Source: an uncultured bacterium | GTDB taxonomy: Bacteria; Krumholzibacteriota; Krumholzibacteriia; Krumholzibacteriales; CAZTHK01 | DNA length: 64,000 nucleotides | NCBI GenBank assembly: GCA_964613215.1 | Contig: CAZTHK010000005.1 | Location: forward strand, 7,958-71,957 | Direction of reading: 5' to 3' | In this document: positions 38,512-48,350 of the stretch, one piece after another | Numbering within the stretch: the first letter of the stretch is position 1 | Layout: the number at the start of each line of letters is the position of its first letter | Made by a program: the position numbers and the translations under genes | The notes under the pieces: generated by a model | Databases searched by the model: none | Told to the model about the DNA's origin: nothing | What the model saw: only the letters and a program-made list of their open reading frames with translations

Positions 38512-38937
38512 GTGAATTTGCACGAAGTATCCCTGATGAAGAATCTACTTGAAATTGTGGAGAGGGCGGCAGGTGAAGGTGGGGTGGAAAGGGTAAGTGT
38601 TATCCATATGAAGATCGGGGAGATGTCGGGGGTGAGTACGGAAGCGCTGGAGTTTGCCTTCGAGGTACTCTCCGGGGGAACTGTTGCCCATGGGGGAAGG
38701 CTGGAATTCGAGAAGGTTCCCTTCAGGATAGAATGCAGAAGATGCGGCAGAAGTGCTCAGTTGGAAGAGTTTATCTTTCGCTGTCAGTACTGTGGTTCCA
38801 CCGAAATTGATATAGTATCAGGAAGAGAGATGGAGATAGATTATATACTTGCCGGGGATGAGGATGAATGGGAAGGGGAAGGTGATGATAATGAAATAAA
38901 CAGTCAGAAGGATGGAGGAAAGCAATGCATCAGATAG
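38512..38937 (+). CDS. hypA: Hydrogenase maturation nickel chaperone HypA
   Basis: HE N-terminus, two CxxC pairs (CRRC, CQYC), SGREM; acidic tail. Confidence 0.95.
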   Translation: MNLHEVSLMKNLLEIVERAAGEGGVERVSVIHMKIGEMSGVSTEALEFAFEVLSGGTVAHGGRLEFEKVPFRIECRRCGRSAQLEEFIFRCQYCGSTEIDIVSGREMEIDYILAGDEDEWEGEGDDNEINSQKDGGKQCIR

Positions 38938-39587
38938 GAGTGGGAGAGGATCTCAGGGAGAAGAACAGGGAGATAGCTGGTGAAAACAGGGAGATGCTGA
39001 AGAAGAACGGAGTAGTCTCGGTCAATCTCATGAGCGCCCCTGGAGCGGGCAAGACTTCCCTCCTGGTAAGAACGCTTCCTCTGCTGTCCGGAAGGTACAG
39101 TGTCGGAGTAATAGAGGGAGATGTTCAAACCAGGCGGGATGCTGAACGGGTGGAGAAACTGGGTATAGATGTATATCAGATACAAACCGGGGGGGTATGT
39201 CACCTGGATGCCTCCATGGTTCACTCTGCTCTGCATAACATGGATCTGGGCGGTTTGGATCTGCTGTTTATAGAAAACGTTGGCAATCTGGTCTGCCCGG
39301 CGGAATTCGAGCTGGGGGTGGATGCCAGGGTGATGCTTCTCAGCATAACCGAAGGGGATGATAAGCCCAAGAAATACCCCCTTATGTTTTCTGAATCCAG
39401 CCTGCTGATTTTTAACAAGATAGACCTGTTGCCCAATGTGGATTTCGAAATCGAAAGAGCCGCTATGGATGCCAGGGAAGTAAATCCGGATATAGATACA
39501 CTGGAACTCTCCTGCAGAACCGGAGAGGGAGTAGATAACTGGCTGAACTGGATCGACCGGCTGGTGGAAAAGTGTGGTGATGACTGA
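38925..39587 (+). CDS. hypB: Hydrogenase nickel incorporation GTPase HypB
   Basis: SAPGAGKT, CHLDA, ENVGNLVCPA, EGDDKPKKYP, NKID. Confidence 0.97.
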   Translation: MHQIGVGEDLREKNREIAGENREMLKKNGVVSVNLMSAPGAGKTSLLVRTLPLLSGRYSVGVIEGDVQTRRDAERVEKLGIDVYQIQTGGVCHLDASMVHSALHNMDLGGLDLLFIENVGNLVCPAEFELGVDARVMLLSITEGDDKPKKYPLMFSESSLLIFNKIDLLPNVDFEIERAAMDAREVNPDIDTLELSCRTGEGVDNWLNWIDRLVEKCGDD

Positions 39588-39823
39588 TGTGTCTGGGAAT
39601 ACCCATGGCGGTTATACACAGGGAAGGCAACCAGGCAGTGGTGGAGTCGGGGGGTATCAGAAAGAATATAAGGGTGGATCTGCTGGATGAGGTAGAGGAG
39701 GGCGATTATGTCCTGGTTCACACCGGTTTCGCCATTGAGAAAGTGGACACCGAAGAGGCAAGAGAAACTCTGGATTTGATAAAGGAAGTATACAGAGCAG
39801 GACAGCAGACCAGAGAGGGCTGA
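39587..39823 (+). CDS. hypC: Hydrogenase assembly chaperone HypC
   Basis: MCLGIP, GDYVLVHTGFAI. Confidence 0.97.
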   Translation: MCLGIPMAVIHREGNQAVVESGGIRKNIRVDLLDEVEEGDYVLVHTGFAIEKVDTEEARETLDLIKEVYRAGQQTREG

Positions 39824-39843
39824 GGCTCTTTCCCGGCTGCAGT

Positions 39844-40983
39844 GTGATGAATATGGAAAGACTCAAAGGTGACCATCCTTCAGGGGATGTCCCGTTTCTG
39901 GAAAGCTTCAGAGACATTAATTTGGTCAGGCCGGTGGCGGACCGGCTCAAAGCCATGAAATTGAGCGAACCCGCCGCACTGATGCATGTCTGTGGAACCC
40001 ATGAACATTCCATAGCCAGGGCTGGAATCAGGGCAGTACTTCCTGAGAAGGTCAGGCTGATAGCGGGTCCCGGTTGTCCGGTATGCGTATGCCCGGCTGA
40101 AGACATAGACATGGCTATAGGTGTGGCTGAGAGGAATGATGTCATACTGACCACCTTTGGTGACATGTTCCGGGTTCCCTCCACCCGTGGTTCCATGGAG
40201 GAGGCCAGAGGGGAGGGAGCCGATGTAAGAGTAGTATATGCCCCTGTGGATGCCGTAAAGATAGCGCAGGAGAATCCCCACCGGGAGGTGGTGTTTGTGG
40301 CAGTGGGTTTCGAGACTACTGCTGCACCAATATCCGCAACACTGCTGGGAGATATACCTGACAATTTCTCCATCATACCATCATTGAGGCTTATTCCGCC
40401 GGCATTGAAATTCCTGATAGAGCAGAGCCGCGGCGAGATAGACGGGTTTATATTACCCGGACACGTTAGTACCGTTCTGGGCAGGGAAGGCTACAGCTTT
40501 CTGGAGGGTAAAGAGGGAATAGCCGGAGTTATTTCGGGATTCGAACCGCTGGACATACTGAGAGCTGTGGAAAGGCTGCTTGAAATTAATCTGCAGGGAC
40601 CTCCCTTCCGGGTGGAGAATCTCTACCGGAGGGTGGTGGGTGAAGGGGGGAATGTAAGATCCAGAAGAATAATAGACCGGGTTTTTCGCCAATCAGATTC
40701 GCACTGGAGGGGAATAGGTATGATTCCAGACAGTGGTCTTGAGATAAGGGAGGAATACAGCCGCCTGGACGCCCGGATAAAGCTGGATATTGACAGGGCG
40801 GGGGATTCGGTGGATATAATGCCGGGATGCATATGTCACAAAGTTATCCTGGGGGAGGCGGAGCCGGAGGAGTGCGGGCTTTTCGGTGGTGAATGTACCC
40901 CCCGGAGGCCCTACGGACCCTGTATGGTCTCCAGCGAGGGTACCTGCAGGGCCAGGTATCTATACCGCAGGGTGGATGATTAG
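39844..40983 (+). CDS. hypD: Hydrogenase formation protein HypD
   Basis: CGTH, GPGCPVC, GFETT, PGHVS, GPCMVSSEGTC. Confidence 0.97.
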   Translation: MMNMERLKGDHPSGDVPFLESFRDINLVRPVADRLKAMKLSEPAALMHVCGTHEHSIARAGIRAVLPEKVRLIAGPGCPVCVCPAEDIDMAIGVAERNDVILTTFGDMFRVPSTRGSMEEARGEGADVRVVYAPVDAVKIAQENPHREVVFVAVGFETTAAPISATLLGDIPDNFSIIPSLRLIPPALKFLIEQSRGEIDGFILPGHVSTVLGREGYSFLEGKEGIAGVISGFEPLDILRAVERLLEINLQGPPFRVENLYRRVVGEGGNVRSRRIIDRVFRQSDSHWRGIGMIPDSGLEIREEYSRLDARIKLDIDRAGDSVDIMPGCICHKVILGEAEPEECGLFGGECTPRRPYGPCMVSSEGTCRARYLYRRVDD

Positions 40984-41015
40984 ACTGGTCATGCTGTGGA
41001 TAAATTAGAATATTG

Positions 41016-41043
41016 TTGACGTTTTGGGAGTTACTGATATAAC
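41016..41043 (+). promoter_or_regulatory. Sigma70-type promoter of the hflKC-led gene run
   Basis: TTGACG-16 nt-TATAAC with TG extension. Confidence 0.5.
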
Positions 41044-41148
41044 CTGAATCTTAACATATTTAACCCAAAACAGCCTGTGAGCGCCGTCCTGCATAATCAC
41101 GGTGATAGTTTCAGCAGGGTGGTCTTATTGGAAAAAGGAGTGGTAATT

Positions 41149-42126
41149 ATGGAAATAGTGGTGGGCGACAAAATCTACCGTGTTTCGGGAACTCTTATCG
41201 GTAGAATAGTTGCCGGTATTGTAGTGCTGATCGTTGTATTATCAGGAGTTTACTCCGTTGACGCCAATGAAGTGGGTGTGATACAGAGATTCGGCAAGTA
41301 TGTACGGAGAACTGATCCGGGAATACATCTGAAGATACCCTTCGGGGTGGAGACTGTGAAGAAGGTGAAGGTAAAGAGGGTTTTCAAGGAGGAATTCGGA
41401 TTCAGAACGGTGAGACCGGGTGTACAGACTACCTATAGCCAGGGTGGTCATGACAGGGAATCCATAATGCTCACCGGAGATTTGAATGTGGCTGAAGTTC
41501 AGTGGATAGTGCAGTACCGGATCAAGGATCCCTACGACTATCTGTTCAAGATACAGGATCCCCTGGAGACAATCAGGACCATGTCGGAGGCGGTTATGCG
41601 CAGGGTGGTGGGGGATAAGACTGTTACCGATGTCCTGACCAAGGGAAGGATAGAGATAGCCAACGATGTGCAGGATGATCTTCAGGATGTCATGGATAAT
41701 TTTGACTCCGGTATTCACATTGTCACGGTGAAACTGCAGAATGTTAATCCCCCTGAAAAGGTGAGGAATGCCTTCAATGAGGTCAACAGGGCCAAGCAGG
41801 ACATGGAAAAGATGAAGAATCAGGCCTGGGAGGAATACAACCGGATCATACCACGGGCCGGGGGACGGGCGGAGCAGAAGATTGCCCAGGCAGAGGGTTA
41901 TGCAACCCGCCGGGTGAACCGGGCGGAGGGGGATGTTGCCCTTTTCGAACAGGTCTACAGCCAGTACAGGCTGGCTCCGAGGGTAACCAAGAGGAGGCTT
42001 TATCTCGAAACCATGAACGAGATTCTGCCCAGAATCAAGGATATATACATAGTGGATAAGGAGCAGAAATCGATTCTTCCCCTACTTGATCTGGGGGCGG
42101 ATTCGAAAGGAGGTGGCGGAAAATGA
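41149..42126 (+). CDS. hflK: FtsH protease modulator HflK
   Basis: SPFH domain, MLTGDLN, AFNEVNRA, RLYLETM; ATG 41149 with AAGGAG SD. Confidence 0.93.
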   Translation: MEIVVGDKIYRVSGTLIGRIVAGIVVLIVVLSGVYSVDANEVGVIQRFGKYVRRTDPGIHLKIPFGVETVKKVKVKRVFKEEFGFRTVRPGVQTTYSQGGHDRESIMLTGDLNVAEVQWIVQYRIKDPYDYLFKIQDPLETIRTMSEAVMRRVVGDKTVTDVLTKGRIEIANDVQDDLQDVMDNFDSGIHIVTVKLQNVNPPEKVRNAFNEVNRAKQDMEKMKNQAWEEYNRIIPRAGGRAEQKIAQAEGYATRRVNRAEGDVALFEQVYSQYRLAPRVTKRRLYLETMNEILPRIKDIYIVDKEQKSILPLLDLGADSKGGGGK

Positions 42127-43085
42127 CACGGGGTAAGCTGATTAGTCTGGTTATTTTAATAATAATAGCTCTGATAGTTCTGGGAAGCGCATTCTATGTC
42201 ATCGGTGAATCGGAGCAGGCCATAATCACTCAGTTCGGCAAACCGGTGGGAGATGCCATAACCGCTTCCGGGCTGCATGTCAAGATACCATTCATTCACT
42301 CCATTCACAGGTTCGAGAAGAGGATACTTATATGGGATGGGGAGGGGAGTGAGGTTCCCACCGCGGATAAGAAGTACATCAGTTTGAATACCACTGCCCG
42401 GTGGAGAATAAAGGATCCCCTGTTGTTCTATCAGTCGGTAGGGAACAGCATGGGAGCTCAATCCAGGCTGGATGATATTATCGATTCGGCGGCCAGGGAT
42501 GTGGTTTCAAATAATATCCTGGTCGAAGTGGTCAGGAATTCAAACCGGTTATATCAACGGACCCGGGCCCGCCAGGAGGCTGATACCGCAGCAAGCGAGG
42601 AGGAGAGTGTCTCCCAGGTTACCGAGAAAATAGATGAAGGCCGGGAGGAACTTGCCAGAAGGATACTGGCCAGTGCTTCAGAACTGGTATCCCAGTATGG
42701 AATAGAGATACTGGATGTTAAGATCAAGAGATTGAACTATGTGGAGGATGTAAGGCAGAAGGTGTATGAGCGCATGATCAGTGAACGTCAGAGGATCGCC
42801 TCCAAATACAGATCGGAGGGTGAGGGAAGTAAAGCCGAGATCCTCGGTTCCATGGACCGGGAGCTGGAGAAGATTCAGTCAGAGGCCTACCGGAAAGCAC
42901 AGAGAATCAAGGGCAGGGCGGATGCTCAGGCCACCAGGATATATGCGGTCGCTTACAGAAAGGACCCCGAATTTTACTCCTTTCTCAAGACTCTGGAGAT
43001 ATACCGCAATACGGTGGGTGAAAATTCCAGGGCTATCCTGACAACCGATAGTGATATTTACAGGTATCTTAAGGAAATAAGGTAG
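42123..43085 (+). CDS. hflC: FtsH protease modulator HflC
   Basis: QAIITQFGK, VYERMISERQRIA, DPEFYSFLKTLE. Confidence 0.94.
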   Translation: MTRGKLISLVILIIIALIVLGSAFYVIGESEQAIITQFGKPVGDAITASGLHVKIPFIHSIHRFEKRILIWDGEGSEVPTADKKYISLNTTARWRIKDPLLFYQSVGNSMGAQSRLDDIIDSAARDVVSNNILVEVVRNSNRLYQRTRARQEADTAASEEESVSQVTEKIDEGREELARRILASASELVSQYGIEILDVKIKRLNYVEDVRQKVYERMISERQRIASKYRSEGEGSKAEILGSMDRELEKIQSEAYRKAQRIKGRADAQATRIYAVAYRKDPEFYSFLKTLEIYRNTVGENSRAILTTDSDIYRYLKEIR

Positions 43086-43114
43086 AGGTAAACATAATAA
43101 AACAGCATTTATCT

Positions 43115-46100
43115 ATGAGCATCGCGGGATACGGGAAATCCGGATTAATTCTCTCACTTCTCTCCCTTCTGGTGGTTACTCTCACTGCCACCGCCGGCGG
43201 GCGTAATCATCCCGAGATCGACTGGAAGACCATCGCTACCCCCCATTTCAGGATTCAATTCCATGAGGGGGAGGAATGGCTGGCCAGGAAGGCGGCCGTA
43301 ATAGCGGAAGAGATCTATGATCCGGTGACCGAACTGTTCGGATACCAGCCCGGCGACCCCATCTACATAAATCTTTTTGATAAGGAGGACCGTCCGGTCG
43401 GAGCGGCATACTACTATCTTAACCGGATAGACATCAGCGCCTCCGGCTCGGAGTTTATTTTCAGGGGGACGGTGGACTGGCTGCGAAATGTGATAACTCA
43501 TGAGTTTACTCATATGATCTCTCTTCAGAGCGCCATGAAACTTACCAGAAAGGTTCCCGCCTTCTATTTCCAGGTGATTTCCTTCGAGAAGGAGAAGCGT
43601 CCCGATGTGATAACAGGCTATCCCAATTTCCAGGTATCCGTTCCGGTTTCCGGTATAACTGTACCGGCATGGTTCGCAGAGGGGATAGCTCAGAATCAGT
43701 GCAGAGCCGTCCGGCATGATTACTGGGATTCCCACCGGGATATGCTGCTGAGGGTAGCCACTCTGAATGACCGGCTACTAACACTGGATGAGATGGGTGT
43801 ATTCGATAAAAATTCGCTGGATGCAGAGATGGTATACAACCAGGGATACTCCATGGTGAGGTTCATTGATGCGGAGTATGGCGAGAATAAGCTGGAAGAA
43901 CTGGCGGGTGCCCTTTCATCCCTGTACCGCTGGACCTTCGACTCTGCCTGCGGGCAGGTATTGGGAAAGTCTTCCGGGGAGCTTTATAATAGCTGGAAGG
44001 AAGATATCACCCGCAGATACAGCGAGCAGGCTGAGGAGATCGGAAAGGAAAGGACCGGCAGCGAAGTTGCCGGGTGTGGTTACATGAATATCAATCCCCG
44101 CAGCGATGGTGAAGGGGGATGGTATTTTCTGTCCAACTGCGGGGGGGATTATCTCAGTACCAACCTGATAAGAATCGACCGTCGGGGCAACAGGGAGGTC
44201 ATAGCGGAAAACGTCTATTCCAGCTTCGATATATCTCCCGGAGGCGGCAAACTATGCTATTCGCGCAGGACCGGAGACAATCTCTTCGGATACCACCGGG
44301 ATGATATATTTGTCTTTAACCGGAAGAAGGATGAGCAAATCAGGATAACTAAGGGGATCAGGGGAAATTCCCCGGTGTGGTCACCATCGGGTGAGAGAAT
44401 AGCATTTATTACAACCCGGGGAGGAAGCGACAGGATAATGAAGATCAATCAGGATGGTTCCGGGGGGCGTTACCTCACTCCGGAGGAGAAGGGAAGGCGG
44501 TATTTTGATCTGGATTGGGGTAAGAAGGGAATACTGGCTACCGTATTCGAAGGAGCCAGCAGGGATGTGGTGCTGATAGATCCGGATAGTGGGGACCGGA
44601 GATATATCCTGAATTCGATGGCCGATGAGAGGGACCCGTGCTGGGACAGGGGGGAGGAAGGGGTGTTCTATTCCTGTGACGGTACCGGAATATTCAATAT
44701 CTATTATCTGGACCTCTCCGATTCCAGCCGGACAAAATGTACCAACAGCATAGGGGGATGTTTCGACCCCTCGCCGAGTGGAGAGGCGATATTATTCACC
44801 CTATACGGAAAGGACGGATTCAGGATCAACCGGATGGCTAACTGGATTGAAAATACTGTGCCGGTTTTCCGGGAGGAACTTGACCGGGCGCTTATGGAGA
44901 GAAGATCCGTTTGCCTGGCGGTAAATGGGGGTTCGATGGAGGTATCCGAGAGAGAGGATTTTTATCCGTCCAGAAGAACCGGGGCTGAAGAACCTTATGG
45001 AGTAGCCACAGGGGAGAAAGATAAACCGGCCGGAGAAGAGGTGGAAGAATTCGGTATGCAGTACAGCTCCCTGTTTGTATTCCCCAGATTCATGATATAT
45101 GAGGAAAAACCCCGGCTGGGAATATATTTGGATACCAGGGATTTTCTGGACAGACAGGCTGTTTCGGCGGGGGGTTCGATAAACCGTGAGGGGGAGTTTG
45201 ACCTGCAGCTTAACCTCACGGTGAAGCAGTTTTCCCCCACCTTTTCATTCAGTGTATTCAGAAAGCGGAAGTATTACAGTTTCAACAGCAGGGAGAGGGG
45301 TACCACCTTTGAAAACTACACCCGGTACGATCTCTGGGATGCCTTCTTCACCTGCAGCTACGAACTTGATCCCACCACTGCCTTCAGCAGGAAAGAAATC
45401 GTTCTTCAGTATAACCACGGTGAGTACGGATTGAATATAGAACGGTGGAATGTAACGGATATTGAGGAAACGGGGAAAAGGGAGTTCAAATATGCGTTGG
45501 GATGGAACTACTATAAATCAAATGAAGTTTCTCTGATTTACCACTACCGTGACATAGCCGAGTCGGTAAATGCAGATATAAATCCTTCCAGGGGGAGGGA
45601 AATCAGCATTGCCGTAACCGCTGCCTGGGACAAGCTATTCACCTCCAACAGGTTTGAATACGCCTTCAGGCCGCTGTATACCAATAATTATTTCGGAAGA
45701 TACCAGGCCAGTTACCGGGAGTATATACCCCTGCCATTCTGGAGCCATGTCCTGTCGTTTCATCTCAGGGGCGGAGTAATCGATAATGATGTGGATGATT
45801 TTTTCAACCTGTTTCTGGGAGGAAGGGACGGCTTGAGGGGTTATTCATACTACAGCATGGGAGGGCGAAAGATGGCCCTGGCCAGGCTGATTTACCGTTT
45901 TCCCATCCTGGGGAGAATCGACCGGCAGATTTTCAATCTGTATTTTTCATCCCTCTACGGAGGTCTTTTCACCGAAGCGGGAAAGGCCTGGGATGAGGAT
46001 GAATTCGATCTCAACGGTAACAAGAAGGATGTGGGTTTCGAACTCAGGCTGAAGGGATTTTCCTTCTATACATATCCCATAGCTGCATCGTTCGAAGCGG

Positions 46101-46207
46101 CCTACGGACTGAACGATGTAGAATATACCGATCCATTCGATCTGAGAGAGACCTTCTATGAGGGGAATAAATGGAAATTCTACGGGTCCATTCTGTTCAG
46201 TTTCTGA
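43115..46207 (+). CDS. Zinc-metallopeptidase + TolB/PD40 beta-propeller + Omp85/BamA-like barrel fusion
   Basis: Signal peptide; HEFTH...WFAEGIA; PVWSPSG/ISPGG/DPCW repeats; LGGRDGLRGYS (Omp85 loop 6 RGY motif); C-terminal beta-signal FYGSILFSF. Confidence 0.8.
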   Translation: MSIAGYGKSGLILSLLSLLVVTLTATAGGRNHPEIDWKTIATPHFRIQFHEGEEWLARKAAVIAEEIYDPVTELFGYQPGDPIYINLFDKEDRPVGAAYYYLNRIDISASGSEFIFRGTVDWLRNVITHEFTHMISLQSAMKLTRKVPAFYFQVISFEKEKRPDVITGYPNFQVSVPVSGITVPAWFAEGIAQNQCRAVRHDYWDSHRDMLLRVATLNDRLLTLDEMGVFDKNSLDAEMVYNQGYSMVRFIDAEYGENKLEELAGALSSLYRWTFDSACGQVLGKSSGELYNSWKEDITRRYSEQAEEIGKERTGSEVAGCGYMNINPRSDGEGGWYFLSNCGGDYLSTNLIRIDRRGNREVIAENVYSSFDISPGGGKLCYSRRTGDNLFGYHRDDIFVFNRKKDEQIRITKGIRGNSPVWSPSGERIAFITTRGGSDRIMKINQDGSGGRYLTPEEKGRRYFDLDWGKKGILATVFEGASRDVVLIDPDSGDRRYILNSMADERDPCWDRGEEGVFYSCDGTGIFNIYYLDLSDSSRTKCTNSIGGCFDPSPSGEAILFTLYGKDGFRINRMANWIENTVPVFREELDRALMERRSVCLAVNGGSMEVSEREDFYPSRRTGAEEPYGVATGEKDKPAGEEVEEFGMQYSSLFVFPRFMIYEEKPRLGIYLDTRDFLDRQAVSAGGSINREGEFDLQLNLTVKQFSPTFSFSVFRKRKYYSFNSRERGTTFENYTRYDLWDAFFTCSYELDPTTAFSRKEIVLQYNHGEYGLNIERWNVTDIEETGKREFKYALGWNYYKSNEVSLIYHYRDIAESVNADINPSRGREISIAVTAAWDKLFTSNRFEYAFRPLYTNNYFGRYQASYREYIPLPFWSHVLSFHLRGGVIDNDVDDFFNLFLGGRDGLRGYSYYSMGGRKMALARLIYRFPILGRIDRQIFNLYFSSLYGGLFTEAGKAWDEDEFDLNGNKKDVGFELRLKGFSFYTYPIAASFEAAYGLNDVEYTDPFDLRETFYEGNKWKFYGSILFSF

Positions 46208-46282
46208 AGGGTGTATGGAAAGATAACAGGACTGATTCCTCCGTGGAGGTCCGTTGGGAGATTTATTTGACCGGGTGCGAGA

Positions 46283-47713
46283 ATGAAAGTTAAACTTGCC
46301 GGCTTTAATATTGAGTCCGAAATGATCGAATCGCTGAAGGGAGATAGCAGGGAGTGCTGCACCCCGGAGGTGATTTCGGCCGCCTATGCCAGAATAAGCA
46401 GGGACCCCCGGAGCGTGGACAGACTCAGGAGGGAGGCCAGGAACGAGGTTGAAGCGGCCAGAAGATCCAACCGTAAGATTGTATTCGGGATGGGTCATTC
46501 GTCCATAGCCGAGCACGCCATGTTTAATTTCGACATAATGGATGTTTCGAGGCTGGCGGTGGAGGAACTGGAACATTTCCGGCTGGCTTCATTTACCGAG
46601 AAATCTCAGCGCTATATAAAACTGGGCCGGGACCTGCTGATCCCGGTTGAAATCGAGGAGGCTGGTCTTGGGGAAGAGTTCCGCAGTATGGTTACCACTC
46701 TTCACCGGGAGTACCGGAAACTGCTGGACAGGATCATGGAGGTGAGTGAGCAGGAGGGGGTAGCCAGGGAAGATTCCCGGTATGTAATGCCCCTTGCCAC
46801 TACCGCTCAACTGGGGATGACGGTTAATGCCAGAGAGCTGGAGTATATCATCGGCAGGCTGTCTTCACATCCTCTGGATGAATTAAGACAGCTGTCCCGC
46901 CAATTAAGTGAACTGGCTGGAAAGGTGGCCCCCTCTCTGATAAGATACACAGAAACCAGTCCATATCTTCGCAATGTCTATCAGGCTAAAACAAGGTTAG
47001 CCGGCGAATTGCCGCTTTCTGAGTCTGGAGACGGAGGGAGGGAGCGGCCGGTCGAACTGTTAGACTACACCAGGGATGCCGACCGGAGGCTGTCTGCTGC
47101 AATTCTGTTCTCCGCCGGTGATATTTCCATGGAGGATGCCCAAAGAATTGCTGAAGATATGAACGAGCAGGATAAAAAGTATCTGATCCTGGAAACCATG
47201 GCGGGGCTGGAGTCATATCACAGTGTGTGGAGGGAGTTCGAGTGTGTCGGTTTTACCTTCCAGGTGGTTGTTTCTGCTTCCTGTTTTGCCCAGCTGAAGA
47301 GACACCGGATGTCCACCCAGATTCCTCAGGATTATCTTACTTCACTCGGTGTTTCGGTGCCTCCCGGTATAAACAGGAGCGGCTCTACGGATTTTTTCAA
47401 CCGCTGCATCGATATCAGTGAGGGGATGCACCGCCGGCTGGAAGAACTGAACGGCCAGGTGTCTTCATATGCCCTCACCAATTCGCACCGGAGAAGGGTT
47501 CTGGTGGAGATGAATCTCCGGGAAATTTATCATTTTTCGCGGCTCAGAAGTGATCATCATGCCCAGTGGGAGATAAGAAACCTGTCTGACGAGATATGCC
47601 GCCTGGTAAAAGAGAAAGCCCCCCTGGGAGCGATGCTTCTCGGCGGCAAGGACTCATTCGAGCGGATAAGGCGAACAGCCGGAGAATCTCCCCCTCATGA
47701 TAAGGACAAATGA
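46283..47713 (+). CDS. thyX: FAD-dependent thymidylate synthase, tandem-domain form
   Basis: GHSSIAEH, SFTEKSQRY, EDSRYVMP, NAREL in domain 1; QLKRHR, NLREIYHF..LR..HAQWEIR in domain 2. Confidence 0.9.
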   Translation: MKVKLAGFNIESEMIESLKGDSRECCTPEVISAAYARISRDPRSVDRLRREARNEVEAARRSNRKIVFGMGHSSIAEHAMFNFDIMDVSRLAVEELEHFRLASFTEKSQRYIKLGRDLLIPVEIEEAGLGEEFRSMVTTLHREYRKLLDRIMEVSEQEGVAREDSRYVMPLATTAQLGMTVNARELEYIIGRLSSHPLDELRQLSRQLSELAGKVAPSLIRYTETSPYLRNVYQAKTRLAGELPLSESGDGGRERPVELLDYTRDADRRLSAAILFSAGDISMEDAQRIAEDMNEQDKKYLILETMAGLESYHSVWREFECVGFTFQVVVSASCFAQLKRHRMSTQIPQDYLTSLGVSVPPGINRSGSTDFFNRCIDISEGMHRRLEELNGQVSSYALTNSHRRRVLVEMNLREIYHFSRLRSDHHAQWEIRNLSDEICRLVKEKAPLGAMLLGGKDSFERIRRTAGESPPHDKDK

Positions 47714-47777
47714 TTTGGCGGGATCTTTTATCTGCCCGGCCATGAGATGGATTCCAGCGGGAATCAGGAGGCTACGG

Positions 47778-48317
47778 ATGGAAGAAAAGTTGATCCGGCT
47801 GATAAGGAAAAGAAGGAGTATCAGAAAGTATAAACCGGACCCGGTATCGAGGGAATTGCTGGAAAAGTGCATGGAAGCGGTGAGATTCGCACCCTCCGCC
47901 TGCCATACCCAGGGATGGAGATTTATCATAACATCAGGGGAGACTAAGGACCGGCTGGCAAATGAATCACTGGGAGGGGTCATAGTTCCCAACCGGTTTG
48001 CTTCCACCGCTCCGGTTATAGTGGTAATAGCAATGGATCTCGACCTGATAACCCACCGCCTGGGAGGTACACTCAAGGGCAAGAGTTACCATGCAATGGA
48101 TGCCGGTATTGCCGGAGAGCATTTTATCCTTCAGGCCACTGAGGAGGGACTAGGTACCTGCTGGCTGGGATGGTTCCACACCGGTAAGGTCAGAAAGATT
48201 CTGGAAGTCCCCGGGAGCTGGGATATTGCTGCCATGATTACGGTGGGATATCCGGACGAAAAGCCATCACCCCGGGCCAGGAAAACCGTCCAGGAAATAT
48301 CTGAATTCAGAGATTAG
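47778..48317 (+). CDS. Nitroreductase family protein
   Basis: RRSIRKY, APSACHTQGW, DAGIAGEH, GLGTCWLGW; ATG 47778 with AGGAGG SD. Confidence 0.9.
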   Translation: MEEKLIRLIRKRRSIRKYKPDPVSRELLEKCMEAVRFAPSACHTQGWRFIITSGETKDRLANESLGGVIVPNRFASTAPVIVVIAMDLDLITHRLGGTLKGKSYHAMDAGIAGEHFILQATEEGLGTCWLGWFHTGKVRKILEVPGSWDIAAMITVGYPDEKPSPRARKTVQEISEFRD

Positions 48318-48350
48318 TTATCTGATACTATAAGAACTTGATCTTGACCC

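Noticed and set aside
40995-41003. Perfect DnaA box (TGTGGATAA) upstream of hflK as a sign of oriC
   Set aside because: Single box with no cluster and no dnaA/dnaN nearby; one 9-mer in 64 kb is compatible with chance.
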